Assembly (NCBI RefSeq): GCF_018350175.1
Contig: NC_058368.1
Coordinates: 153,700,001 to 153,764,000, forward strand
Reading direction: 5' to 3'
Source: Felis catus
Taxonomy: Eukaryota
DNA length: 64,000 nt
Shown here: in pieces, positions 38,480 through 50,379 of the stretch
Layout: the number at the start of each line of letters is the position of its first letter
Position numbering within the stretch: the first letter of the stretch is position 1
Notes under the pieces: model-generated
Seen by the model: the letters and a program-made list of their open reading frames with translations, nothing else
What the model was told of the DNA's origin: nothing
The model's database searches: none
Translations under genes and position numbers: made by a program

Positions 38480-38860
38480 AAGCACTTCTGCTCTCTAGCG
38501 TTAAAATGAGAGTCACTCTACTCCCCAGATATTACCCAGCAGCACTTGGGGGCTCTTAATGATTAATACCATCACCGTCCAGCCACAAACCTTTCTGCTG
38601 CAGATAATGCCAGGCAGCAAGTGCGCTTGACACTTTTAATGTATAATTAAGTAGGAAAAGTCAGCACTCAGTATGCAAATTTTTCAAAATGATAAATGAT
38701 GCCATACAGCAGTAGGGATTGATTTGGTGTAAATGAAACTAATTAAGGAAATGTCAAACATAATTAATAAAACAGGTTTAAGCTGCAAAACATTGTCAAT
38801 TGAATGAATGAGGAGGCATTGGCTCCCATTGTTTCTGCTTTATTTAGGGCTTGTGTTTAG
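38480..38860. promoter_or_regulatory. Candidate conserved non-coding enhancer
   Basis: Repeat-free context; octamer ATGCAAAT 38673-38680, TAATTA x3 (38644, 38740, 38761), SOX-type CATTGT (38791, 38827), TALE-type TGACA/TGTCA (38628, 38752); conservation not testable here. Confidence 0.45.
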
Positions 38861-40753
38861 CTTGTACTCTGTTCCTAAATGCACTTTTGCTACCTCACAC
38901 CCTCCACTACCAATTCCCAGAGAGGGGGAAAATAAATTTGCTTGTCTCTCCACTGACTGCAGAAATTAATTGCAGAAATCTTGTCCCATCCAAGTGTTAC
39001 ATTCACTCACAGGACATTAACATAACTAATTTGAAAGAGCCCAAATGACTGCATAATAGAGCACTGTCAGTATGCCTGACAGTCTTTGGTCATACCAAAT
39101 TAGCTTGGTTTTCTAATTGAAATTTTTTTCCTTGGACTCTTTTTATAATTTTTTCCTCAGCTATTCATTTTTGATAAGAACAAAGGTTTTATAATTTACA
39201 AAAGAGTGCTTGACCTATAATTACTAGGAGGAAATTAGGGGAGGTAGAAAAGTCAGATTTAGTCCTGGTAATGATGCTGGAGACCTTGCTCCCTCTAGGG
39301 AGCCTGAAGAATAATGGAATCTTCTATTTTTACGGGCGACCTGTGCACTGGTGCTGACTCTAACTGTGAATCCACTTTACTTTGCAGATCACTTGCTTAA
39401 CACTAAAAGTGCCAGCAGAATGGCAGGCCATTACTTCAAATGTCATTCAAACCAGTGCCTTTTCCACATGCCCTTCCTGCTCAGAGAGCGAATGGAAGAA
39501 CATCTGCCAGTTTTCTTATTGTGCCCTTGTAAATCTTCCATGTAGAGTTTTATGCAACTTAATTTGTGAACCTTTTGGATAAATAAGGGTGGGGGGGTAA
39601 GGAGTTGGTCAAGAGTAGGAAATTTCCGGTGTGCTAAAATGATTTAGCGAACAAAATCTAATGGTTCTTGGTTTTAAAATCATGTCACCTGCATGTGATG
39701 GTTATAATCTTCTGCCTGATAGGGTTTTTAAAGGCCTGCTAAAGCTATATCCTCAATTTGGAGATCTTTTCTCAAAAGGGTGGCTTTCCTGTTAATTATG
39801 TAATAAAATGGAATAAGAATGGAAGCAGCCCGTTCCTTTCACACTTTCAATTGTGAGTGATATGCTCAGTATGTTTTACGTTAATTGGGGAAGTTGTATG
39901 CAACCAAAGTTGTAGATTGCACAAGAAGGCAGGTGGGATATACACGCTCTTCCTAATCCATGACATTTCTACTGAGTATATAGGTAGAGGTACAAGTTCA
40001 GAGGCATGGATTTATTTGCTTAAAGTCTTCTATACAATCCTCTATTTTTGTAGCTTCTTCTTTAATTTGGGTCTAGAAATATAAGCAAAGTTTATTTATA
40101 TCCCATAGAGAGTGTTAAGATTCTTGACTTTGAACTCCCTAAGTCTTTTGGGGCTTATTTCATTTTGGATGCTATCCAATATATTCTCTCTAGTTATTGT
40201 ATATTACACATACAGTTATCTAATAATTTTACCACATTGTTTGATTGCTTTATTCCTTATCAGGATATGTGTCTTGGGCTCTCTTCAAATATCTGCTACT
40301 GAATTACATTTGTGTGCAACTGAAAGAATAGATGGGTTGTCATTTTCTACTTCGTCTTTAAATGGAATGGGTATGGGATTAATCAATAGAGTTCAAAATA
40401 AATCATTATTACTTTATCTCAGACTACAAATAAGTACCTCAGGTTTATCTATCTAACATTTACATTAATAATTTTGAGGGACTTTTCTGAAGCAAACCTA
40501 ATTCTAACACCCCCTCCCAAATTATAAAATGTGAATTAAGGAATTTATTATCTCATAAAAATGAAAAATCTGAGTTCAGTTTTCCATCACATTCATTAGT
40601 CATAGCTGAATAAAGTAGCTTAAATAATGTTATTAAGATCAGCTATTTCTCTTTCTCATTCTCCACATCTCTTGGTTCTGCTTTCCTTTGTGTTGATTTC
40701 ATCTCCATCTCATGGGTTCCAGTAGTTCCATGATTAAGATTATATCAACTCTT

Positions 40754-40975
40754 GGGGTGCCTGCGTGGCGCAGTCGGTTAAGCGTCCGACTTCAGCCAGG
40801 TCACGATCTCGTGGTCTGTGAGTTCGAGCACCGCGCCGGGCTCTGGGCTGATGGCTCAGAACCTGGAGCCTGTTTCCGATTCTGTGTCTCCCTCTCTCTC
40901 TGCCCCTCGCCCGTTCATGCTCTGTCTCTCTCTGTCCCAAAAATAAATAAACATTAAAAAAAAATTAAAAAAAAA
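40754..40975 (+). mobile_element. Very young Can-SINE (SINEC_Fc)
   Basis: CpG-rich, long A tail, perfect 17-bp TSD AAGATTATATCAACTCT at 40736-40752 and 40976-40992. Confidence 0.97.
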
Positions 40976-41099
40976 AAGATTATATCAACTCTAACAGTTA
41001 AGTGCAATGAGAGATAGTTATTTTCCAGGCACTTAAAAACTGTCCCGGGATTATCTCTGATTGCACCTCCAAAAGCAAAGTATTCATCCTAGAATCCTT

Positions 41100-41263
41100 T
41101 GAAGAACTTTCAAAATTCAATGATCAGAAAACAATCTTTAAAAATTGGTCAGAGGATTTGAACAAGCAAAAAGAGATACAACTGGCAAAAAAGTACATGA
41201 GAATATGAGGAACCTTGTTAACCTTTAGGGGAATGCAAGTTAAAATCTGATGCGATGCCATTA
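41100..41263 (+). repeat. Dispersed duplicate of L1-derived segment 43012-43175
   Basis: About 164 bp aligning by eye with roughly 17 differences. Confidence 0.9.
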
Positions 41264-41679
41264 GCACCAGGCATATGGAATACTTTGAAGGTCCAGCCTT
41301 GAACAGCGCCATACAAAGCCTACCCTAAAACAGCGCCATACAAAGCCAAGTGAACTGAGAGCAGGGAGGAGACGTCCCCTGAAGGCATTTTTATCAAAGG
41401 AAAGCAACACTGAGAAAATATTGGAAAAGCAATAGGTACCTTCCAAAAGTATACAGTACAGTCTCTAACAGCAGAACATATACTCAGTATGGACTTATTC
41501 ACTACTCAATGTTACTAACTTAATGAAAAAATTAAAAAAATATGTAAGTTTTCTGTGAGTGAAAAAATTCGGTATGATTATGATTATTACTTTAATAGAG
41601 GATATATACACAAATAATGTCAATATTTTGGTTGTTAATGCTTTGGTATTTATAAGTGAACAAAGGGAAACATTTTTTG

Positions 41680-44025
41680 ACTCTGTTTTGAAATAATTTA
41701 CATTTATAGAAGATTTGCAAAGAAGCACTGAGAATTCACTATGCCCTTCACAAATCATTCTCAAATCTTAACAAATTACATAACCATGGTGTATTTAGCA
41801 AAACTAAGAAATTAACATTGAGGCAATAATATTAACCAAACTATAGACTTTATGTGTTTTTTACTCTTTTTACTGTCCCTGCATTTAGTGCAGAATATCA
41901 TTGTCGCATTTAGTCTTTGATGTCTCTATAGTCCTGTCCAATCTGTGACAGTGTCTCAGCCTTTTCTTGCCTTTCATGACCTTGACACTTTTGAAGTGTA
42001 CTGGTCAGTATTTTTTAGCCATTTGGGATTGTCTGATGTTTTCTCATGATTAGATTGAGGTTATGCATTATTGGAAAGTACACCACAAACGTGATGTGCC
42101 CTTTCCGTTGCATCGTATCAGAGTACCTAATATCAGTGTGATTTATTACGGTGATGCTAACCATGGTCACTTGGTTGAAGTGCTATCTTCCAGGTTCCTC
42201 CAGTGTAAAATTATGATTTTTACCTTTGCATATTCTACTGGTTATAAGTGAGTTACTAAAGTTAGCTAATACTCCAGAGGAGGAAAATTAAGCTCCACCT
42301 ACTTCAAGGAGGAGTATCAAAGAGTTTGAAAATATATGTTCAAACTATTATAGTAACATAAATATTTTGGGAAGATGCCTAGAGGCCATGCAACTACCCT
42401 GTTTCTCCTTAAGGTTTTGCTGACTGAAAATTTTAGTATTCATCCGTGGCTATTGCTTACCATGATAACTACTGTAGTGGTCTACTGGTGATTTTATATT
42501 TTTTCTCATTTCTTCTATATTATTTCCAGTACTACTGTAAGAAAAATGGACTCCCTCTGCATTTATTTATTCAAATATTTATTATATCAGCCTGGTAAAA
42601 GAAAAATAGATTTGGAGTAATTACATTACTTGATTTTAAGACATAATATAAAGCTACAATTTTAAGACTTAATATAAAGCTACAACACAGTGTGACACTG
42701 GATGAACGGAACAGAAAAAAAAATGAACCTCAGCCTAACCTTACATTTTGCACACAAAAATTCACTCAAAATGAATCATAGCTCTAAATGTAAAACACAA
42801 AACTATAAAACTTTTAGAGGAAGGTAGAAGAGAAAATTTAGGTGGCTGGGGGTAGATGAAGTTTTAAGGAAAAGATAAATTACACTTTATCAGAACTAAA
42901 AAAAAACCTGACTCTGTGAAAGACACTTTAAGGAAATGAAAACCAACTATAGATTGACTAAAAAATATTTGTAGATTAAACAACCCACAAGTGAAACATA
43001 TGCAGAATATATGAAGAACTTTCAAAATTCAACAATCAGAAAACAATCTTTAAAAGTTGGTCAGAGGATTTGAACAAGCAGAAAGAGATACAACTGGCAA
43101 AAGGTACAAGAGAATATGTGCAACTTTGTTAGTCTTTAGGGGAACGCCAGTTAAAATCATGATGCAATGCCACTATACACATCTATGAGAATGACTAAGT
43201 TAAAAAAAACAAAAAATACTGACTTTACTAAGGGCTGACAAGCATGCAAAGCGGTGGGAATGCAGAATGGTATAGCCAGCCACTCTGAAAACATTGTGGC
43301 AATTTTTTATACAGTGAAACATACACTTACCATATGACCCAGCAATCCCACTCCTCGGTATTTAGCCTGGAGAATAGAAAACCACTGTTTACACAAATAT
43401 CTGTACAAAAATATTGATAGCAGCTCTATTCATATTTGTAAAAACACAACAAAACAAAAAAAAAATACACAGCTGGAATGAACCGAAATGTCCTTCAGTG
43501 GTTGCATGGATAAATAAACTGTGCGTATCTATACAATGGGATACTAATCAGCAACAACAAAAAACGAACAAACCGCTGATACATGCAAGGTATTAGGCAG
43601 AATGGGAAAAAAAGCCAGTTGTAGGAGGTTATATATACTGTATGATTCCATTTGTATGAAATTTTGAAAAGAAAAACAACCGTAGAGAACAGATGAGTGA
43701 TTCTGGCTATAAGGTCAGGGGAGGAAGTAAGTATAAAAGGATGGCACAAGAGAATTCTGTGGTGTGATAGAACTGTTCTGTATCCTAGTTGTGGTGGTGG
43801 TTACACAGATCCATAACATATGATAAAATTTATTGAACTGTTTATCAAGAGAAAAAAGTCAATACTATTGCATGAAAATTCTAAGTACGAAAATAAAAAA
43901 AATAAAATCAATACAGACTCAAGGATAATTATCTTATTCTTTGTTAAAACCCAATATTATTGTTATTTATTTATTTTTACTCAAATGGTTCCAGTGCTGA
44001 CTATTGGGATCTCTTTCAGAGCTCC
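41680..44025 (-). mobile_element. L1MC-like 3' end, split by a sense L1 (pieces 41680-42590 and 43910-44025)
   Basis: TTTTGAAATAATTTACATTTATAGAAGATTTGCAAAG, TTTCATGACCTTGACACTTTTGAAG; resumes CAGACTCAAGGATA...CTCAAATGGTTCCAG...GGGATCTCTTTCAG. Confidence 0.8.
42595..43908 (+). mobile_element. L1MC/MD-like ORF2 3' end and 3' UTR
   Basis: CATATGACCCAGCAATCCCACTCCTCGGTATTTA, ATGGATAAATAAACTGTG, TACTGTATGATTCCATTT, A-rich tail at about 43890-43908. Confidence 0.88.
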
Positions 44026-44904
44026 CTGTATAAATATGGTTTTTATTGGCATTGTTTTATGAAGATTTCATCAATGAGAGTCTAACCTTAACTGAAAGGT
44101 CAAGAGAGGCAATTAATTGTATAATTGTTCATTGGAAAATGATTAAATTCTTCTGATTATTCAGTTCTAATAGAGATAACATCTGGTTGGCCCAGATTAG
44201 TTTGTAATAGATTACTTCTTGTGATAGACAGTCTAGCCAATTTGTGAGTTCCTACTTTGTAACATTTAATTCATATTTTCCATTTCAAGATGATATATAT
44301 TGATTCATTCAGTTTTCTACGTTAGCCTCACAGGACTGTCTTTTAACTGACTTTTCCCCAGCTAGTGTACTGAGTAGGTAGATGCTTATTTGAAATACAA
44401 AGAAATCTATTAATGACAATTATTTAACATAAATTGATTAATTTATGAAAAGCAGAAAATATGTTTGTGTTTTCTATCAGGGATTGATACCAATATTTTA
44501 AAGCACAATTAGGGACTACATAATTAATTTGGTTAGCATTAATTTTGGTTAGTAAAATCATTATTTCCTTTACATGGTGGAACATTAAATGTTGCACTTA
44601 CTAATCAATTATGCTACAAGGTAAAATTTATAAATAAAACATTTAAAATAATTTGACAGAAAATTATTTGGTAGAATATTTTTAAAAGAATGATAAAAAT
44701 TCCATGCTCTTGTGGAATATGCTTTGGGGATGATATCCCTTGGAAATAGTGTAAACAATTCTAGGTATAATCAAAATGCATTTCAAACTTGCAAATAGAT
44801 TTCCATTGTCCTTTTTTAAAAAAAATGTAAGTTAATCCTTGTTAATACCTATTATTTTTCCTAAGGAAAAAAAAAAAAGGAAAAGCATGAGTATATGTGA
44901 AGGA

Positions 44905-44906
<2 letters not shown>

Positions 44907-44953
<47 letters not shown>
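44907..44953. repeat. (GT)23 microsatellite
   Basis: Perfect run. Confidence 0.97.
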
Positions 44954-44954
<1 letters not shown>

Positions 44955-45534
44955 CAGACATAGAGACAGAGAGACAGAGAATATGAAAATATACTGGCCC
45001 TTTTATGTACAAGAGCACTTGTATGGCCTTAATGCCATAAATCTTCTGGGCATTTAGAAGGACTGTTATTTGTGGGAGAAGAATATGGTATGGTTGCTAC
45101 AGGTGATGGGCAAAACAAACAGAGAACTAGTTTTAATGCTTCTGATAATAATAACCAATTGACTCTAAGGTAGGCAGAAAATTACAGAGGCAGAGCTCCA
45201 TTTTGTATACAAGTATGAATGTGTCTTAATGTCTTGATGCTCTAATTATCTATTAGAAACAATAGTAGTAACAGCTGTATCAAGTCAAGATAATATTAGC
45301 ATTACCTGAGTCACTACTTACCTTTCCTCTTCTTCATAGTATTGCCATCTTAATCCAAAGAACAATTGTTTGGTACTGTGTGGAAATTGTTTATTTCTCC
45401 TAATGATTTGGCATGAATCATTACCTACGATACCCAAGTATTGGTTTTTTTTCAACCCAGTCTTCCCAACTTTGAAATGTAGGCCAAGAAATGTTTGTAT
45501 TTGCCTCAAGAGAGTGCCTTTCCCCCCCTTTTTT

Positions 45535-45697
45535 AAAGGGCAGTGTGATTACAGTCCCCTACTATCACAAATCCTGCGGGCAAGTTTCCCAGGTTTGAGG
45601 AAATCACAGAGGTCAGCACATCCAGAGTACAATGGATGAGCCTCACCCTGGGAAAACCACCTGTGTGATCATGGTAACCCTCCTGCCATGTAAATAT
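45535..45697 (-). pseudogene. RNU1: U1 snRNA retropseudogene, near full length
   Basis: Minus strand reads ATATTTACATGGCAGGAGGGTTACCATGATCACACAGGTGGTTTTCCCAGGGTGAGGCTCATCCATTGTACTCTGGATGTGCTGACC...ATTTGTGATAGTAGGGGACTG; ungapped match to recalled mammalian U1 with about 23 mismatches in the first 146 nt; short A tail. Confidence 0.95.
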
Positions 45698-46544
45698 TCA
45701 GTGAAATGCTTTTTAACCTGGCATAGCTCTTATTAGAGATTTCAAAGTCTTAGAGCCGTTTCGTTTGAGGCTGTGATACATGACAGAAGACTGGAAGTGG
45801 CATAGGGACCAAGACATAAATGTTTCCTAGAAATCTCAGGACAGGACTGGCCTAGAATGAAAACCTTCCAGAGCAGCTGCAGCCTGGATTGTGCAAGGAT
45901 GGTCTCTCTGGAGTGGATTTATGCCCCCGGAGTGTACTTTCAAGTGGCCCATTTTCTTTAGTGGAAATGAGTCAGTTTATAGCTTTACACCTGTGTATCA
46001 CAGCTCCACATGGATTTGCCCATAATGGAGGCTTCTGGAGCTTTCTCAAAGTCACAGGGTTGAGAGCCACTGTCCAGACTGATGTTGACACTAAACAGAC
46101 ATCAGACACACAGGAATAAAAACGTTTTATAATTAGGTCATAGAAAGTATCCCTTATATCTTCTGCAAACTGGAATGAGGCAACAAAACCAATTTATTTT
46201 CTTGCAAACATTTTCAATGAGCACTTAGTGAGGGACTAATGCCTGTGTATTTGGAGTAATACACAGAAGGTACAAGCACTGCAGGAGGTATTCTCAACAA
46301 ATATCTTTAAGAATTAACTGGGCAAGCACTTTCTGGTCTTTCTGATTCCCAGAGGTTGGAGCACAGTAATTGATTTCCCCGACTCATTGAGTCAAACATG
46401 AGGTACAGGGATGAATAAAACATAGTCTTTGACCTCAAGTAGATGGACGAAACATTCTAACAGGAGAAGAATTTTATGACGAATATAAATACAAACATTA
46501 AACGTGTTAGAATACAGTGAAGATGAACTAATTTTCTTGAGATT

Positions 46545-46730
46545 TAACGCACATTCTTTCATAAAAGACTCACACCAGCCCTGTGAGGCAAGCAGTAGTA
46601 TCCAGTTAGCAAATGAGAAAATGAAATCCTTCAGTGAGTCATTCCGTCTCACACAGTTAGTAAGGAACAGACTTAGGATTCGAATTTCTGTTGTTTTTTT
46701 TCCTTCATCTCTGTGTACTTCCATTACACT
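46545..46730 (-). mobile_element. MIR
   Basis: CTCACACCAGCCCTGTGAGGCAAG...AAATGAGAAAATGAA...CACACAGTTAGTAAG...AGGATTCGAA. Confidence 0.75.
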
Positions 46731-47343
46731 GGTCAGAAACAAGGATACAGCCGAGTGTGGGGGTGGGGGGAACATTGCCAACAAGCTTGCAGGTAGAGTC
46801 AAGAAAGATCATATGTTAAAAACGCGTTTCAAAGGTGAGATAGGAATGTAAGACATCAACAAAATGATGAGCACTTTACTCGCGAGGGTTCAGAGTCATG
46901 TCACACATTTTAGGGCAATCCAGAATGTTTTTTCTGTTTTAGGATAATTAGAGAATAAATCAGTAATTAAATTTTTATGCAGATAAGAACCAAGTAATTT
47001 ACTATAGAAACTATGAGCTACTTCAAGTAGTTCCCCAAGTAGGAAAAGAATTAAAATAAAATCATAAAATACCAGCTTCCCAAAGCATCCTTTTCTTTAT
47101 TTTCAACAACAATAAATGAAATAGCACTCTGCTTTTAAAGGACTCACTGTCAAAAATAAAAAATAAAAATAAAGGACTCACTGTCTCTTGCCCATTGTTG
47201 GCACAGAGATGTTAGTTGAACATATCCCTGATGATTTTATTCATCCTCTATTAAAATTTAACACAACTATAATGTGACTGTTTTTCACTGGACTTGCCCT
47301 AGGAAAAATGCTTATCTATGATATTTGCCTTTTGGGATCATTT

Positions 47344-47577
47344 ATTTTCTTTTTTTAAAACTATTTTTAATGTTTTATTTATTTTTGAGAGAGAGAGTGA
47401 GAGAAAGAGAGAGAAATTGAGGGGGCAGGGGCAGAGAGAGAGACACAGAATCCGAAGCAGGCTCCAGGCTCTGAGCTGTCAGCACAGAGCTGGATGCGGG
47501 GCTTGAACTCACAAACCGTGAGCTCATGACCTGAGCTGAAGTCAGACGCTTAACTGACTGAGCCACCCAGGCACCCC
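47344..47577 (-). mobile_element. Can-SINE (SINEC_Fc)
   Basis: Complete antisense element; flanking GATCATTT repeats. Confidence 0.95.
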
Positions 47578-48059
47578 GGTGATCATTTCTCATCTATCTT
47601 TCTTTAAAATAACTTATTAAAGTGTCTAGTTTCTCACCCTTCATCAATACTTCCTTATCCCATTTATGACAAAAACCAACAACTTACTCATCTCCCTGAT
47701 AATGATAGATTGACACTGATATAAAGTGCTAGGAATTTGAATTCTATTGCTGTACTAAAGAATACTACTCCATTAAGAACTAGGAAATTTTTTCCTCTTA
47801 GATATCCAGAGATCCATATCAGTATCAGAAACCAATTTAACATTATACCACATCAACAAGTAAATAAGAAAATAATATGTAACAATTTAATAGATGTCTA
47901 AACAGTAATTACTAAAATTTGAAACCAAACCCTAATAAATGCCTTTTACAATATAAAATAAAAGTTCTTCTTTGCTAAATGGAAAAACAGTATTATAATC
48001 AATAGCAACATTTATGCATGACTGTGCGTATGTGTAGGTCTGAGTGTACCAGTGTTCGC

Positions 48060-50160
48060 ATTTTTTAAATTGAAGTGCAGTTCACATAATGTTACATTAG
48101 TTGCAGGGGTGCAAGGGAGTGATTGGACAAATCTATACTTTATGCCAGACTGAACGCAAGTATAGCTACAATCTGTCACCATGTGATGCTGTTACAATAT
48201 CATTGACTAAATTCCCTATGCTGTACTTTTTATCCCTATGACTTATCTATTACATAATAGGAAGCCTGTATCTTCTACTCTCCTTCACCCATTTTGCCCA
48301 TCCCCACATCCTCCTCTCCTCTGGCATTCATCTGTTTGTTTCTGTATAGGTCTGTTTCTGCTTTTTTAAAATTCATTTGTTTTGTTTTTCAGTTTCCACA
48401 CATAAGTTAAATTGTATGGTATTTGTCTTTCTCCAACTTATTTCACTTAGCGTAATACACTCTAGGTCCATTCATGTTGTTGCAAATGGAAAGATATTAT
48501 TCTTTTTTATAGCTGAGTAATATTCGGGTGTGTGTGTGTGTGTGTGTTTATGTTTGTGTTTGTATGTGTATCTACATATCTACCACATCTTGCTTCATTT
48601 GTTGATACATACTTGGGTAGTTTCCATATTTTGGCTGTTGTAAATAATGCGACAACAAACAGCGGTGCATCTATATTTTTGGATTAGTGTTTTTGTTTTC
48701 TTTGGGTAAATACCCAGTAGTCCAATTATTGGATCATATGATATTTCCATTTAAAATTTTGTGAGAAACTTCCATACTCTTTTCCACCATGGCTGCATCA
48801 ATTTGCTTCCCATCAACAGTGCGTGAGGCTTCTCTTTTCTCTACATTCTCACCAACACTTGTTGCTTCTTGTCTTTTTATTTTAGCCATTCTGACAGGTG
48901 TAAGGTCATATGATTTTTTCAATTTTATTTTTTTAAATTTACATCCAACTTAACATATAGTGCAACAATGATTTCAGGAGTAGATTCCTTAATACCCCTT
49001 ACCCATTTAGCCCATCTCCCCTCCCACACCCCCTCCAGTAACCCTCTGTTTGTTCTCCATATTTATGACTCTCTTCTTTTTTGTCCCCCTCCCTGTTTTT
49101 ATATTATTTTTATTTCTCTTTCCTTACGTTCATCTGTTTTGTCTCTTGAAGTCCTCATATGAGTGAAGTCATATGATATATGTCTTTCTCTGACTAATTT
49201 CACTTAGCATAATACCCTCCAGTACCATCCATGTAGTTGCAGACGGCAAGATTTCATTCTTTTTGATTGCCATGTATCTTGTTGTGGTTTTGAGTTGTAT
49301 TTCCCTGATAATGAGCAATGTTGAGCATCTTTTCATGTGCCTGTTTGCCATTGTTATATCTTCTTTGGAAAAATGTCTATTCATGTCCTCTGCCTTTTTT
49401 TAATCAGATTTTTTTTTTTGGTGTTGAGTTATATAAGTTCTTTATATATTCTGCCTTTTTGTTTTGTTGATGGTTTTCTTCACTGTGCAAGAGCATTTTA
49501 TTTGGCTGTAGTCCCAAGACTATTTTTGGTTTTGTTTCCCTTGCCTGAGGAGACATGGATGAATGGTAATCCTCCAAAGAATTTATTGCCTATGTTTTCT
49601 TCTAGGAGTTTTATGGCTTTAGGTTTCATTTAGGCCTTTAATCCATTTTGAGTTTATTTTTTTTGTATGGTATAATAAAATGATTCAGCTTCCTTCTTTT
49701 GCATGTAGCTATCCAGTTTTCCCACCACCATTTATTGAAGAAGGTGCATATTCTTGCCTCCTTTATTGTAGAGTAATTGATGATGTAAGTGTGGGTTTAT
49801 CTCTGGAGTCTATTCTGTTCTCTTGATCTATGTATCTATTTTGTCCAGTACCATACTGTTTTGATTACTATAGCTTTATAGTTTATCTTGATATCTGGGA
49901 TTGTTATAACTCCAGGTTCATTCTTCTTTCTCAAGATTGGTTGGGCTATTTGGTTCCATAAAAATTTTAGTATTATTTTTTCCAGTTCTGTAAAAATGTC
50001 ATTGGTATTTTGATAGGGATTGCATTGAATCTGAGGATCACTGTTGGTAGTAGGGACATTTTAATAAGATTAATTTTTTTATTCCGTGAAAATGGAATAT
50101 AATTTCCATTTGTTTGTGTAATCTTCAATGTCTTTCACCAATGTTTTAGAGTTTTCAGAG
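48060..50160 (-). mobile_element. Carnivore L1 (L1_Carn-like) 3' UTR and ORF2, split by a younger L1 end
   Basis: ATCTGTCACCATG...ACAATATCATTGACTA, TTTAGCCATTCTGACAGGTGT, TTTGGAAAAATGTCTATTC; minus ORF 49169-49384 begins [27 protein letters not shown], an L1 ORF2 C-terminal motif. Confidence 0.92.
48913..49272 (-). mobile_element. Younger felid L1 3' end (L1_Fc-like), 5'-truncated, nested
   Basis: Second T tail then TTTACATCCAA...ATGATTTCAGGAGTAGATTCCTTA...GGCAAGATTTCATTCTTTTTGATTGCC; outer L1 resumes afterwards. Confidence 0.82.
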
Positions 50161-50379
50161 TCATGTGTATATATTTTTAACAGAAAAGGGGAAATAGCTG
50201 TTTTCAGAGAGTCTTAAAGGGAATAGATTAACTTTAAAATCAGGAGTAATGCTTCTCTGTTATTAATAAAACATATAAATTCCTTGAGAATGGAAATATA
50301 AAGAAAAGTAAATGAGAAATAAGTATGGACCAGGAGTGTATTTATATATATATGCACATACATATGTATACATATATAT

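Noticed and set aside
41302..41347. Repeat-spacer-repeat pattern reminiscent of CRISPR
   Set aside because: Only two units, 8-bp spacer, mammalian DNA, no cas genes
46392..46851. Overlapping 136-aa and 115-aa ORFs
   Set aside because: Span MIR/L2-like remnants; no recognisable domain or exon structure
48734..49384. ORFs with L1 ORF2 C-terminal motifs
   Set aside because: Fragments of truncated, disrupted L1s; 49169-49384 is a chance fusion across a nested insertion; no intact ORF2
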